Under the pieces are notes generated by a model. The model was not told the origin of the DNA. It worked only from the letters and a program-made list of their open reading frames with translations, and did no database searches. The translations under genes and the position numbers were made by a program. This document shows, piece after piece, positions 1 to 10,552 of a stretch of 64,000 nt of DNA (positions within the stretch are counted from its first letter, which is position 1; each line of letters begins with the position of its first letter). The DNA comes from a bacterium BMS3Abin08 (GTDB taxonomy: Bacteria > Nitrospirota > Thermodesulfovibrionia > Thermodesulfovibrionales > JdFR-85). The stretch covers positions 17,934-81,933 of the forward strand of contig BDTA01000046.1 in assembly GCA_002897935.1 (NCBI GenBank). Reading direction: 5' to 3'.

Positions 1-494
1 CCCTTATATCGAGAATTTCCTCTGCAAGGCCAAAGATAGCGGACTATCCGTTCACTACACTCATACCTTCCCTTGGCGTGGTGAAACTGGATGATTTCAG
101 GAGCTTTGTTGTTGCAGACATACCTGGTCTTATCGAAGGCGCCAACAGGGGAGCCGGTCTTGGTTTTCAGTTCCTTCGTCATGTTGAAAGAACGAAAATC
201 ATGCTTCACCTCGTTGATATATCTCCCATGACCGTGGGAGACCCGGTGGAGAACCTTAAGAAAATAAACAGGGAGATTACCCTCCATAGCGGCAGTATCG
301 GTGAGAGACCGCAGGCGGTAGCGGCCACAAAGATCGATATTGCAGATACCGCAAAACTGGAAAGGCTCCGGCAACACTGCGTGGCACAAGGCATCCCATT
401 TTTCGAGATATCCGCTGTAACAGGAAAGGGGATTAAAGAGATCTTAAGGTTTCTTGCCTCAAAAGTCAGGGAAGAGACGCCGGCAGCAATATGA
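1..494 (+). CDS. obg: GTPase Obg/CgtA, C-terminal part (5' end lies outside the window)
   Basis: The frame of ORF 78..494 stays open back to position 3 (ARPKIADYPFTTLIPSLGVV, DIPGLIEGA, ATKID). Its stop overlaps the proB start (ATGA at 491-494). Confidence 0.93.
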   Translation, partial: LISRISSARPKIADYPFTTLIPSLGVVKLDDFRSFVVADIPGLIEGANRGAGLGFQFLRHVERTKIMLHLVDISPMTVGDPVENLKKINREITLHSGSIGERPQAVAATKIDIADTAKLERLRQHCVAQGIPFFEISAVTGKGIKEILRFLASKVREETPAAI

Positions 495-1582
495 GAATAG
501 TCGTCAAGATAGGAAGCAACCTGCTGACATCAGGCAGCGGACTGAACGAAAAGAGGATCGATTCCCTGTGTTCCGCCATTTCAGAACTCCATTCCGGAGA
601 CAGAGGGGTCGCCGTAGTCTCTTCAGGCGCTGTTGCGGCAGGCATGAAAAGGCTGGGCCTTAAGAGAAGACCCTTTGACATCAGACACAAGCAGGCGGCG
701 GCGGCAGCCGGACAGAGTGCCCTCATTTGGGCCTATGAAAGGGCCTTTTCCGCACATGAGAAAAAGGTGGCACAGATTCTGATCACCCGTGATGCATTTT
801 ACGACAGGACGAGGTATATCAATGCAAAGAACACAATACTGACACTTATGGATCATGGCATAATACCCGTGATCAATGAAAACGATACAGTCGCCATTGA
901 CGAGATAAAGTTTGGCGACAATGATCAGCTTGCCTCTTTGGTGTCGGGTATGCTCTCTGCGGACCACCTTATTATCCTCTCCGATGTGGACGGTCTCTAC
1001 ACCAAAGATCCTAAAAAGTACAAGAATGCCCGGTTGATCCCGTCCGTGGATGAAATCACCCCCGACCTGATAAATACCGCCGGAAAGGCCGGAAGTGAGG
1101 CCGGAACAGGGGGGATGCTTTCCAAGCTGCTTGCGGCAAAACAGGCAATGCGCTTCGGGACCACCGTCCATATAATCAGCGGTAAAAGGCCGGGCCTGAT
1201 AAAATCCGTTTTAAGAGGTGAAAATCCAGGGACCGAGTTTATCCCCGGAGAAAAGAGGATCAGTTCACGAAAGGGCTGGATAGCCTTCAGCCTCAGGACA
1301 AAAGGCTCCTTAACGATAGATGACGGAGCAAAAGAAGCAATTATTTCAAAGGGCAAGAGTCTGCTGCCATCGGGCATTACAGGAATCGAGGGTAATTTTA
1401 AATCCGGTGATGCTGTTTACTGCATCGACAAAGAAGGCAGGAGGATAGCCAAGGGGCTGACAAACTATTCAGCCGGAGAGGTCGATCGGATAAAAGGCGC
1501 AAGAACCTCGCACATCGAGAGGATTCTGGGTTACAGATACTCAGATGAGATTATCCACAGGGACAACATGGTGCTGCTGTAA
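491..1582 (+). CDS. proB: Glutamate 5-kinase with C-terminal PUA domain
   Basis: 363 aa. N-terminus VVKIGSNLLT, amino-acid kinase fold, and a PUA-like C-terminus (GSLTIDDGA...LLPSGI). Classical obg-proB linkage. Confidence 0.93.
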   Translation: MRIVVKIGSNLLTSGSGLNEKRIDSLCSAISELHSGDRGVAVVSSGAVAAGMKRLGLKRRPFDIRHKQAAAAAGQSALIWAYERAFSAHEKKVAQILITRDAFYDRTRYINAKNTILTLMDHGIIPVINENDTVAIDEIKFGDNDQLASLVSGMLSADHLIILSDVDGLYTKDPKKYKNARLIPSVDEITPDLINTAGKAGSEAGTGGMLSKLLAAKQAMRFGTTVHIISGKRPGLIKSVLRGENPGTEFIPGEKRISSRKGWIAFSLRTKGSLTIDDGAKEAIISKGKSLLPSGITGIEGNFKSGDAVYCIDKEGRRIAKGLTNYSAGEVDRIKGARTSHIERILGYRYSDEIIHRDNMVLL

Positions 1583-1604
1583 ACTCAGCGACGGTTTCCC
1601 CCTG

Positions 1605-2681
1605 TTATACGGGCTGAAACCTCTTTGGCCTTTCAACCATCTCCGCTGCCCTCTCAAAAACCTCTTCAGGGGTCAGCGTCGACCCGCCGCTTCTCCCGTA
1701 AAAACTCACCCTGCTCTTACCCTGTACTGAAAGACGGACATCTTCCACCATCTGGCCGAGGTTCATCTCCACGACAAGAAAGTCGTCCACCGAAGATGCC
1801 AGCCTGTTGATCTCCACATCGGGAAAGGGAAAGAGTGTTACCGGCCTGAAAAGTCCCGCCCTTACGCCCTTTTCCCTCAAGGCCCTTACCGCTGACAGAC
1901 AGACCCTGGAAGCAATACCAAAGGCAACAAGGACGATACTGGCATCATCCGTAATATAGGTCTCCCAGAGGACCTCCTGCTCTTTCATGGCCTGATACTT
2001 CGCAAGCAGTTTCAGGTTCTGCCTTTCAAGCTCTCCTTCTCCGAGATAAAGTGATTTAATAACCCTCTGGGCCCTTCCCTTGCAGCCATCCAGAACCCAG
2101 TCCTTCCCGGGAAGAGGAGGGCGGACATAATCAAGGGGAGAAAACGGTTCCATCATCTGTCCAAGTATACCGTCTGTAAGGATCATGACCGGGTTTCTGT
2201 ATTCGTCGGCCTTGTCAAAGGCCCGCATTGTCAGCTCCCATAGTTCCTGGTGATTATAGGGTGCATACACAAGGAGCCTGTAGTCTCCGTGCCCGCCGCC
2301 CTTCACTGCCTGAAAATAGTCCTGCTGGCTTGCTGAAATGTTGCCAAGGCCCGGACCTCCCCTCTGAACGTTTACGATAACAGCGGGAAGTTCGGCGCCC
2401 GCAAGATATGAAATCCCTTCCTGTTTCAGGCTGATACCCGGAGAAGAGGAAGAGGTCATGGCCCTCACCCCCGCTGCTGAAGCGCCATAGACCATATTAA
2501 TGGCGGACAGTTCACTCTCTGCCTGGATAAATACACCACCGGCATCGGGCATCCTCCATGAGAGGTATTCCGGTATTTCGTTTTGGGGGGTAATGGGATA
2601 GCCTGCGTAAAAACGGCATCCGGCCCTGACGGCCGCCTCGGCAATTACTTCATTTCCCTTTATAAGAATCTTCTCCGTCAC
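1605..2681 (-). CDS. 2-oxoacid:ferredoxin oxidoreductase alpha subunit (KorA/VorA/PorA type)
   Basis: 358 aa. The N-terminus KGNEVIAEAAVRAGCRFYAGYPITPQNEI is typical of OFOR alpha subunits. No beta or gamma subunit lies adjacent. Confidence 0.8.
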   Translation of the reverse strand: MTEKILIKGNEVIAEAAVRAGCRFYAGYPITPQNEIPEYLSWRMPDAGGVFIQAESELSAINMVYGASAAGVRAMTSSSSPGISLKQEGISYLAGAELPAVIVNVQRGGPGLGNISASQQDYFQAVKGGGHGDYRLLVYAPYNHQELWELTMRAFDKADEYRNPVMILTDGILGQMMEPFSPLDYVRPPLPGKDWVLDGCKGRAQRVIKSLYLGEGELERQNLKLLAKYQAMKEQEVLWETYITDDASIVLVAFGIASRVCLSAVRALREKGVRAGLFRPVTLFPFPDVEINRLASSVDDFLVVEMNLGQMVEDVRLSVQGKSRVSFYGRSGGSTLTPEEVFERAAEMVERPKRFQPV

Positions 2682-2847
2682 TTTTTGTTCAGTCCTGAAT
2701 AAACATCTGTATCATTCCTCCGGACAGACTGTATCAGAATCCTGAGTATGCATATGATCTCATTTCGCCCACGGCATCGATCGGGGGCCAGGGATGAAAA
2801 AAGCGGCTATTTTCATTCCTGGCAGCCTGAGCAAGCTTCATGGCGCC

Positions 2848-3135
2848 TCATTCTATAATCTTTGGAACCCTGTAAAAGTTCTCTTTCTTCAGAGGGGCGT
2901 TCCTTAATGCATCTTCCACGGAAAGTGATTCCTCCGGAACGTCTCCCCTGAAGACATTCCTTATAGGAAGTACATGACTTGTAGGTTCAACATCTGAAGT
3001 ATCAAGCTCATTGAGGTTGTCTATGTATGCAAGGATATCACTTAACTGCCGTGCATAAACCCGGGGGTCCTCACCGGAGAGCCTCAGCCTTGCAAGTCTT
3101 GCTATGTGATCAACCTCTTCCAATGAGATCTTCAT
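2848..3135 (-). CDS. gatC: Asp/Glu-tRNA(Asn/Gln) amidotransferase subunit C
   Basis: 95 aa. The pattern EEVDHIARLARLRLSGED...LNELDTSDVEPTSH is the GatC signature. Confidence 0.92.
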   Translation of the reverse strand: MKISLEEVDHIARLARLRLSGEDPRVYARQLSDILAYIDNLNELDTSDVEPTSHVLPIRNVFRGDVPEESLSVEDALRNAPLKKENFYRVPKIIE

Positions 3136-3161
3136 TTGGATATATCCACCGCCGTAATTCT

Positions 3162-5276
3162 CTAAATCCTCTCAAGCTGTGCAAATTTAAGGGCCAGCCT
3201 TTTCATACCCACCCCGGGGAAATTGACGCAGACCTTCATATCATCGCCCTCTCCGTAACAGTCCCTTACAACCCCCACCCCCCACTTGGGGTGCCTTACC
3301 CGGCACCCGGTCTTATAAGAGGGGAGGGCATAGGCAACCGCCCTGCCGTTTCCCTTCTTCCTCGGGAGATCCCTCGGGGTTGCACATCGGACCTTCTCAA
3401 TCCACTGACAACAATCCCGTGGAATATCGGAAAGAAATCTTGACGGCTCCTGATCCTGAAGCTTGGAAAAGACCCTCCTTTTCTGTGCTCCGGTCATGCA
3501 CAGGACATCCTTGGCCCGTGTCATGCCAACGTAGAATATTCTCCTCTCCTCACATAATTCGTCCTCATTCTCAAGCGACTTAAAATAGGGCAACAATCCC
3601 TCTTCGAGACCCACAATAAAGACAACCGGAAACTCAAGCCCCTTGGCCGTGTGCAGTGTCATAAGTGAAACACTGTCTGTGGAATGGGCCTCATCCATTC
3701 TTGTGTAGAGAGAAACACGGTCAAGGAAATCCCCCACTGAATCCGCCTTACTGGAAACCATGAATTCCGCAATGTTCTGAATTCTGTCCTCTTCAAGGCC
3801 ATCGGCGTAACCGGTAACATCAACGATCATCTTTATGGCCTCCGAGGCCTTCATCTTCTTAACACCTGAAAGCCTCTCCAGCATCTCCACCAAACCATTC
3901 AACCTCTCAAAGACCATCTGGGATGAAGACCTTGCCCGGCAGATCCTTTTGATTGAATCGAAGAGACTGACCCCGTCTTTCCTGGATTCCTGTTCGATCT
4001 TGTTCAGGGTTGCAGCACCTATACCCCTCGGGGGTGTATTTATTATCCTTCTCAGACTCACATTGTCATGTGGGTTAAGGGTAAGCTTGAGGTAAGAGAT
4101 GATATCCTTGATCTCCCTCCTCTCATAAAAGCTCATCCCCCCTATTATGCTGTAGGGAATACGCTCCCGTCTCAAGGCATCTTCAAGCGCCCTTGACTGC
4201 AGGTTGATCCTGTAAAGAATCGCCATATCTCCATAGCCGAAAACACCCTTCAGGTAGATCTCCTTCAATGCCTTTGATATATACTTCGCCTCGTCTTCCT
4301 CGTCCGGAAGCCAGTGAAAGTGCACCTTCTCACCCTCGGACTTGTCGGTCCAGAGCTGCTTCTCCTTTCTCAGGCTGTTTCTCGATATGACGGAGGAAGA
4401 GACATGGAGGATGTTCCGGGTGCTCCTGTAGTTCTGCTCAAGCTTGATAATCTTAAGTCCGGGGAAGTCCTTCTCAAACTTGAAGATGTTCTTTACCTCA
4501 GCGCCCCTGAACCTGTATATACTCTGATCATCATCCCCGACAACGGAGATACCCTCCGAATCAGAGCATAGAAGCTTAACCAATTCATACTGGGCGAGAT
4601 TTGTGTCCTGGAATTCATCGACAAGCACATGCCTGAACTTCCGGCTGTAGTTCCGGAGAATATCGGGGAATTCCCTGAAGAGCCTCACGGTAAGCATTAT
4701 CAGGTCGTCAAAATCAAGGGCATTACAGCGTTTAAGCTCATCCTGATACCTGACATAGACCTTTGCAAGTTTCTCATCAAACCCGAAGCCGTCACCTGCT
4801 GATACGAAGTCCTCCGGCGTTACAAGCGATGCCTTCAGGCTACCGATCCTCGAGGCCACACCCTTGTAAAGGGCCTCGTAGATCTTCAACTCCTTTAGTA
4901 TGTGCCTTATGAGGTTGTACTGATCGTACTGATCGTAAATCACAAACCCCGGACTGTATCCAAGGGCCTTTATCTCCTTCCTCAGTATCCTGTTACACTG
5001 GGCATGAAAGGTCCCTATCCAGCAGTTCTGGAGATCATTGCTGAGGAAGGAAGAAATACGGTTCCTCATCTCAGTTGCTGCCTTATTGGTGAAGGTTACT
5101 GTAAATATTGAGGATGGTGAGACCTTGTGTTTCCTGTTAAGGTAGGCGTATTTATGGGTTATTAGCTTCGTCTTGCCACTTCCTGCACCAGCAAGAACCA
5201 TCAACGGACCATCGGTGTAAAGTAATGCCTCCCTCTGTTGCGGATTAAGACCGATAAGCAATTCATCAATACCCAT
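3162..5276 (-). CDS. pcrA: ATP-dependent DNA helicase, UvrD/PcrA family
   Basis: 704 aa. Walker A GAGSGKT, motif II DEFQDT, TLHTAKGLEFPVVF, and VGMTRA. Confidence 0.92.
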   Translation of the reverse strand: MGIDELLIGLNPQQREALLYTDGPLMVLAGAGSGKTKLITHKYAYLNRKHKVSPSSIFTVTFTNKAATEMRNRISSFLSNDLQNCWIGTFHAQCNRILRKEIKALGYSPGFVIYDQYDQYNLIRHILKELKIYEALYKGVASRIGSLKASLVTPEDFVSAGDGFGFDEKLAKVYVRYQDELKRCNALDFDDLIMLTVRLFREFPDILRNYSRKFRHVLVDEFQDTNLAQYELVKLLCSDSEGISVVGDDDQSIYRFRGAEVKNIFKFEKDFPGLKIIKLEQNYRSTRNILHVSSSVISRNSLRKEKQLWTDKSEGEKVHFHWLPDEEDEAKYISKALKEIYLKGVFGYGDMAILYRINLQSRALEDALRRERIPYSIIGGMSFYERREIKDIISYLKLTLNPHDNVSLRRIINTPPRGIGAATLNKIEQESRKDGVSLFDSIKRICRARSSSQMVFERLNGLVEMLERLSGVKKMKASEAIKMIVDVTGYADGLEEDRIQNIAEFMVSSKADSVGDFLDRVSLYTRMDEAHSTDSVSLMTLHTAKGLEFPVVFIVGLEEGLLPYFKSLENEDELCEERRIFYVGMTRAKDVLCMTGAQKRRVFSKLQDQEPSRFLSDIPRDCCQWIEKVRCATPRDLPRKKGNGRAVAYALPSYKTGCRVRHPKWGVGVVRDCYGEGDDMKVCVNFPGVGMKRLALKFAQLERI

Positions 5277-5332
5277 CTGATAACTCCTTAAGTTTTAGGA
5301 TAACAAAAATTCACTCTTTAAATCCATTTTCT

Positions 5333-7159
5333 TCATTCAACCGTTACGCTTTTAGCGAGATTTCTGGGCTGATCAACATCACACCCGCGCAAAATCCCTA
5401 TATGGTAAGCCAGCAACTGAAGAGGCACAACCATAAGGACCGTCTCCAGATACCGGTTATTCCGGGGAACCTTTATCAGGCAGTCAACTTCATGGTCCTG
5501 TAATTCCCTGTCCTCAGCGGTAACTGCAATAACCCTCCCGTTTCTCGCCTTCACTTCAGAGATATTGGAGAAGACCTTTTCACCAAGTTTGCCTTCCTGG
5601 CGGAGAAAGACCACGGGAATCTCCTCATCAATCAGCGCAATCGGTCCATGCTTCATCTCACCGGCCGGATACCCCTCCGCATGAATATACGATATTTCCT
5701 TGAGTTTGAGGGCACCCTCAAGCGCTATCGGATAAAGTATGCCCCTGCCGAGATAGAGAAAATCCGTTACCTTGAAGAACTCCTTTGCAACTCCCTTTAT
5801 CTCCTCTTCACCTCTCAGTATCTCCTCTATCTGATCCGGCACCCTCAGGAGGTCTGCAAGCAGACCGGCCCTTTCATCTCCCGTAAGTGCAGCCTTTTTT
5901 TCAGCAAGGAGAAGGGAAAACAGGTAAAGGGATATCAATTGGGATGTAAATGCCTTGGTTGAGGCAACGCCTATCTCGGGGCCGGAACGGGTATAGAAGA
6001 CGGCATCCGCCTCTCTTGTGGAGGTTGAACCAAGAACATTACAGATACTTAAAGTGAGGGCGCCCCGCCTCCTGGCCTCTCTCTGTGCTGCAAGGGTATC
6101 GGCGGTTTCGCCGGACTGCGTTATAGCAATAAATATACTGCCGTCATCAACGATGGGGTCCCGGTACCGGAACTCGGAAGCGTAGTCCACCTCCGTCGGC
6201 ACACGCGCAAGCTGTTCGATCATAAACTTACCCGCAATAGCGGCATGGAGGGATGTTCCACAGGCACCGATAATCACACGCCCGACATCCTTAAGTCTCT
6301 CCGGGTCTATACCGAACTCATCGGGGTTCACCCCTGCCCTTTCAACAAATACCCTTCCCCTGAGTGTATCGGCAAGGGCCCGCGGCTGTTCATGTATCTC
6401 CTTGAGCATGTAGTGCTTGTAGCCACCCTTGTCGGCCATTGAGGGACTCCAGGTAACATGGCTTTTCTTCTTTTCATGCACCTCCCCATCAAGGCCGCTG
6501 ATCTTGCAGCCGTTACAGTCAATAACCGCCATTTCACCGTCATCGAGGAATATTACATCTCTTGTCCTCAACATAAAAGCAGGGATATCCGATGCAAGGA
6601 AGAACTCATCCCCACCGAGTCCGACCACGAGTGGACTGTCCTTTCTGACCCCGATAATCCTGTTGCGCTCCTTTGAGGAAAGGATTACAAGTGCATAGGC
6701 GCCCCTGACATCCCTTAAGGCCAGCCTCACCGCATCCTCAAACCCGTGGTTGCGGTGTGCCCTGTCTATCAGATGGGCAATGACCTCGGTGTCGGTTTCC
6801 GAAGTGAATGAATAACCCTCACCGATAAGTTCCTCTTTAAGCTCAAGGTGGTTTTCGATTATACCGTTATGGACGAGGATGATACTTTCAGAGCTGTGGG
6901 GGTGGGAATTGTTCTCTGAAGGGACACCATGTGTTGCCCACCTTGTATGTCCTATTGCAATACCGGAGACGGGTTTCTCCTTTAAGATAAGGGCATCGAG
7001 CTCCTTTATCTTCCCCATGCAGCGCCTCACGGCAAAGGTGTCACCGCTGAGAAAGGCAATTCCTGCAGAATCATAGCCCCTGTACTCAAGGTGCCTCAGC
7101 CCTTCAACCACAACATCCACTGCGTTGTCTTTGCCGATATATCCAATGATACCACACAT
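5333..7159 (-). CDS. glmS: Glutamine--fructose-6-phosphate aminotransferase
   Basis: 608 aa. MCGIIGY Ntn-amidotransferase N-terminus, two SIS domains, C-terminal KSVTVE. Confidence 0.96.
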   Translation of the reverse strand: MCGIIGYIGKDNAVDVVVEGLRHLEYRGYDSAGIAFLSGDTFAVRRCMGKIKELDALILKEKPVSGIAIGHTRWATHGVPSENNSHPHSSESIILVHNGIIENHLELKEELIGEGYSFTSETDTEVIAHLIDRAHRNHGFEDAVRLALRDVRGAYALVILSSKERNRIIGVRKDSPLVVGLGGDEFFLASDIPAFMLRTRDVIFLDDGEMAVIDCNGCKISGLDGEVHEKKKSHVTWSPSMADKGGYKHYMLKEIHEQPRALADTLRGRVFVERAGVNPDEFGIDPERLKDVGRVIIGACGTSLHAAIAGKFMIEQLARVPTEVDYASEFRYRDPIVDDGSIFIAITQSGETADTLAAQREARRRGALTLSICNVLGSTSTREADAVFYTRSGPEIGVASTKAFTSQLISLYLFSLLLAEKKAALTGDERAGLLADLLRVPDQIEEILRGEEEIKGVAKEFFKVTDFLYLGRGILYPIALEGALKLKEISYIHAEGYPAGEMKHGPIALIDEEIPVVFLRQEGKLGEKVFSNISEVKARNGRVIAVTAEDRELQDHEVDCLIKVPRNNRYLETVLMVVPLQLLAYHIGILRGCDVDQPRNLAKSVTVE

Positions 7160-7183
7160 AATCTAATCCCTAAACACCGCTCC

Positions 7184-8587
7184 TCAGGTTTTTGTTTTTA
7201 ATTTTTTGTTTTTCCGCATCTTTCTCTTCACCCAGCCCTTAACGTTCCTCTGCTCACACCTTGAAACGGCAAGCGCACCTGAAGGAACATCTCCGGTTAT
7301 GGTAGACCCAGCCCCTATATATGCCCCGTCGTTTACGGTAACAGGGGCAACCAGTTGTGAATCACTGCCGACAAATACACCATTACCCACAGAGGTCTTG
7401 TGTTTCCTTATGCCGTCGTAGTTACAGGTTATCGTACCGGCTCCGATGTTTACATCCCTCCCAACCTCGGCATCTCCGATATAGCTGAGGTGCTGTGCCT
7501 TTGTCCCTTCACCTATAGATGAATTCTTTATTTCCACGAAGTTGCCTATCCGGACAGACTGCGAAAGACGGGACCCCGGCCTTAACCGTGCAAAAGGTCC
7601 TATAATCACATCGTCTGCAATCTCAGAGGCCTCAAGAACGGAGGAGTCCCTTACCTCCACATGATCACCGATCTTACAGTCCCTTATTCTTACGTTTGGA
7701 TATATTGTGCAGCCGCTCCCGATAATCGTCCTGCCTTCAAGATAAACATCCGGATAAACGAACGTCCCCGGGCCTATAACGACATCGGGGGCTATATAAA
7801 CCCTTTTCTCATCCATGAATTCGACTTCCCTTTCAACCCAGGACCTTACCGTTCTTTCCCTGATTATTGCCTGTGCCGCAAGAAGCTCCCCCTTCGTATT
7901 AATACCGGCAAACTCCTTCTCGTCACCACCCCTGTAAACGGAAGCCCTCAGGCCCCGTCTGCAGGCAACATCGAGTAAGTCCGTCAGGTAGTACTCACCC
8001 TTGTTGACGTTTCTCCTGATCGAACGGAGCAAAGGCAGCAGTTCCGAACTCAAAAGGTATATACCGCTGTTCACCTCTTTTATATTTAATTCATCTCTCC
8101 CGGCATCCCTCTCTTCCCTGATCATGCAGGCCCTGCCCCTTGAATCCCTGATTATCCTTCCATAACCGGTGGGATCGGTTGCAGTGAAAGACAGGATACT
8201 CAGAAGATTCCCGGCCCTCCTGTGCTTTACGCTGAACAGGCTCAGGGTTTCAGGCGTTATCAGCGGAGTATCACCGCATAAAACCAGCAGGTCCCCGTCA
8301 AAGCCCTTCAGGGCCTTCCTGACACTATACAGTGCATTGGCAGTGCCAAGGGGCCTGTTCTGCAGGGCAAACCGGAGGGTCTCGGCTCTGAGGTGCTCCC
8401 TGATCGACCTTGAATTGTCCCTGCTCACAACAACCACGGTCCGCTCAGGACGCAGGACTCCGACCGCATTCAACACGTAGTCTATCATGGGGATGCCATT
8501 GAGCCTGTGCAGGACCTTGGGGGTACGGGACCGCATCCTTGTCCCCTCACCCGCGGCGAGCACAACGGCGGCAACTCTCCTTCTCAT
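7184..8587 (-). CDS. glmU: Bifunctional UDP-GlcNAc pyrophosphorylase / GlcN-1-P acetyltransferase
   Basis: 467 aa. LAAGEGTRM nucleotidyltransferase N-terminus and C-terminal hexapeptide-repeat beta-helix. The start overlaps the stop of the upstream protease gene by 4 nt. Confidence 0.94.
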   Translation of the reverse strand: MRRRVAAVVLAAGEGTRMRSRTPKVLHRLNGIPMIDYVLNAVGVLRPERTVVVVSRDNSRSIREHLRAETLRFALQNRPLGTANALYSVRKALKGFDGDLLVLCGDTPLITPETLSLFSVKHRRAGNLLSILSFTATDPTGYGRIIRDSRGRACMIREERDAGRDELNIKEVNSGIYLLSSELLPLLRSIRRNVNKGEYYLTDLLDVACRRGLRASVYRGGDEKEFAGINTKGELLAAQAIIRERTVRSWVEREVEFMDEKRVYIAPDVVIGPGTFVYPDVYLEGRTIIGSGCTIYPNVRIRDCKIGDHVEVRDSSVLEASEIADDVIIGPFARLRPGSRLSQSVRIGNFVEIKNSSIGEGTKAQHLSYIGDAEVGRDVNIGAGTITCNYDGIRKHKTSVGNGVFVGSDSQLVAPVTVNDGAYIGAGSTITGDVPSGALAVSRCEQRNVKGWVKRKMRKNKKLKTKT

Positions 8588-9780
8588 GACTTCAACCTCA
8601 CGGGAACCTTGAGAGTTAACCTCTTGCCGGCCCTTATAACCTCTACTGCAACCACCTGGCCCTCTTTTTTCCCTCTAAGGGCCCTTTTTATATCCTCCAT
8701 CGATCCAACAGGCCTGCCGTCAACAGAGATTATTATATCTCCGCCAACATATATAACCGTCCCGCTTATCTCCACAGGCGTACTACCTCCCCTGATGCCG
8801 GCCCGTGCTGCAGGGGCTGACCGGTCGACCTCTGAGACGAGAATCCCCTTTTCAACGGGAAGCCTGAGGGCGAGGGACAACTCCTTCCATAATGGAACCC
8901 CGATGATCCCGAGCCACGCCCTTCTCACCCGGCCATACCTGATGAGGTCCGGGATAAGGATTTTTACCGTTTTTACGGGGATGGCAAAGCCGATACCGAT
9001 ACTCCCGCCTGAACGTGTAAAGATTGCAGTGTTTATGCCTATCATTTCTCCGGAGGTATTAATCAGCGGCCCTCCGGAATTACCGGGGTTGATAGGGGCA
9101 TCGGTCTGTATTACACTCTCAATAACCCTGCCGCCCTCTGTGGTAAGAGGACGGCCGAGAGCGCTTATTATACCGGTGGTGAGGGTAGAGTTAAGGCCAA
9201 AGGGATTACCGATGGCAAAGACCTTCTGGCCAACCTGCAACTTATCGGAATCTCCGAGCCTGACCGGGGCCAGTCTCTTCTCAGGGTTGATTTTTATTAC
9301 TGCAATGTCGTTTTCGGAATCAGCACCGACGAACCTTGCAGGGTACTTTCTGCCGTCTATAAGGGTAACCATGATCTCGGATGCTCCTTCAATGACATGA
9401 TAATTCGTTAAAACATAACCTGAGGGGTCGATTATAGAGCCTGAACCGGCACCCTTCCGGGGGTATATGGAGAATAAATCCCTGATTAGTGTGGTAGTGG
9501 TAATGTTTACAACTGAAGGGCTTACCTCCTTGTAGACCTTGATATTAATCTCCTCTTCGCCTGTCAAGGCGCTGACGCGAGGAGTATAAACCATTCCCAG
9601 AACTACAAAGACCAAGAGGAAAAACAGGGAAGTTTTCAGACGAACGAAACCTCTGCGCCCCCATCTCGTCATTCCACAAAACAGGTTACCGAACCCTTCC
9701 GGAATCACGGAATAAAGACCGCTTAAGCCACTGCTGTCATCTTCAACATGATCATCCCCTGCCGGAAGAGTCCCGAGCAT
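8584..9780 (-). CDS. HtrA/DegP-family trypsin-like serine protease with one PDZ domain
   Basis: NYHV (His), GNSGGPL (Ser) and a C-terminal PDZ domain. There is an N-terminal TM/signal segment. The alternative start at 9672 (MTRWGRRGFVRLK) is plausible. Confidence 0.88.
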   Translation of the reverse strand: MLGTLPAGDDHVEDDSSGLSGLYSVIPEGFGNLFCGMTRWGRRGFVRLKTSLFFLLVFVVLGMVYTPRVSALTGEEEINIKVYKEVSPSVVNITTTTLIRDLFSIYPRKGAGSGSIIDPSGYVLTNYHVIEGASEIMVTLIDGRKYPARFVGADSENDIAVIKINPEKRLAPVRLGDSDKLQVGQKVFAIGNPFGLNSTLTTGIISALGRPLTTEGGRVIESVIQTDAPINPGNSGGPLINTSGEMIGINTAIFTRSGGSIGIGFAIPVKTVKILIPDLIRYGRVRRAWLGIIGVPLWKELSLALRLPVEKGILVSEVDRSAPAARAGIRGGSTPVEISGTVIYVGGDIIISVDGRPVGSMEDIKRALRGKKEGQVVAVEVIRAGKRLTLKVPVRLKS

Positions 9781-9796
9781 CAGACCAGGGTCTCCG

Positions 9797-10552
9797 TCAT
9801 TTCTCTATACCTGCCATCACTTCGTCCGGGATGTCGAAGTTGGCATAAACATTCTGTATATCATCGTGGTCTTCCAGGACCTCCATCAGGTTAAGCATCT
9901 TCACAGCATCATCACCGGTTAGTGAAACGGTAGACTTCGGAAACATTGTAACCTCTGCAGCAGATATGCTTACCCCATTTTGGAGAAGGACGTCCTTTAC
10001 AGGCAGAAAATCCTCCGGGAGGGTTATGATCTCGTAATTATCCTCCCCTGGATCATTCTTCATGTCCTCGGCTCCGGCCTCGATGGCCAGGCTCATCAGG
10101 GAATCCTCATCGATTGAGTCCTTACTTACAAGTATATAGCCCTTTTTCTCAAAGATCCATGAAACACAACCTGCCTCTCCAAGACTGCCACCGTGCTTAC
10201 CAAGGAGGTGCCTGATCTCTGCAACGGTCCTGTTCTTATTATCAGTAAGGGCCTCTAAGAGGATGGCAACCCCACCCGGTCCATATCCCTCATAGACAGT
10301 CTCTTCATAGGTTGTTCCGGGAAGTTCACCTGTGCCCTTCTGTATTGCACGTTTTATATTGTCATGAGGCATGTTCGTTTCCTTGGCCTTCTCTATCGCG
10401 GTCCTCAGGCGGGGGTTCATCACGGGATCACCGCCGCCGAGACGTGCGGCAACGGATATCTCCTTTGCAATTTTCGAGAAGACCTTGCCCCTCTTTGCAT
10501 CAACTACTGCCTTCTTATGCTTGATCTGACTCCACTTAGAGTGTCCGGACAT
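9797..10552 (-). CDS. yebC: YebC/PmpR-family transcriptional regulator
   Basis: 251 aa. The [16 protein letters not shown]-terminus is diagnostic. Confidence 0.93.
   Translation of the reverse strand: MSGHSKWSQIKHKKAVVDAKRGKVFSKIAKEISVAARLGGGDPVMNPRLRTAIEKAKETNMPHDNIKRAIQKGTGELPGTTYEETVYEGYGPGGVAILLEALTDNKNRTVAEIRHLLGKHGGSLGEAGCVSWIFEKKGYILVSKDSIDEDSLMSLAIEAGAEDMKNDPGEDNYEIITLPEDFLPVKDVLLQNGVSISAAEVTMFPKSTVSLTGDDAVKMLNLMEVLEDHDDIQNVYANFDIPDEVMAGIEK

Noticed and set aside
8507-9400. Long antisense ORFs opposite well-supported genes: 8507-9400 versus htrA, 13240-13911 versus hemW, 21923-22774 and 25259-25885 versus the MCPs, 34165-34839 versus metK, 46827-47525 versus the kinase.
   Set aside because: Their translations are low-complexity (Ser/Pro/Arg/Ile-rich) with no motifs, while the opposite strand encodes clearly recognisable conserved proteins. 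This is a typical stop-poor antisense frame artefact.
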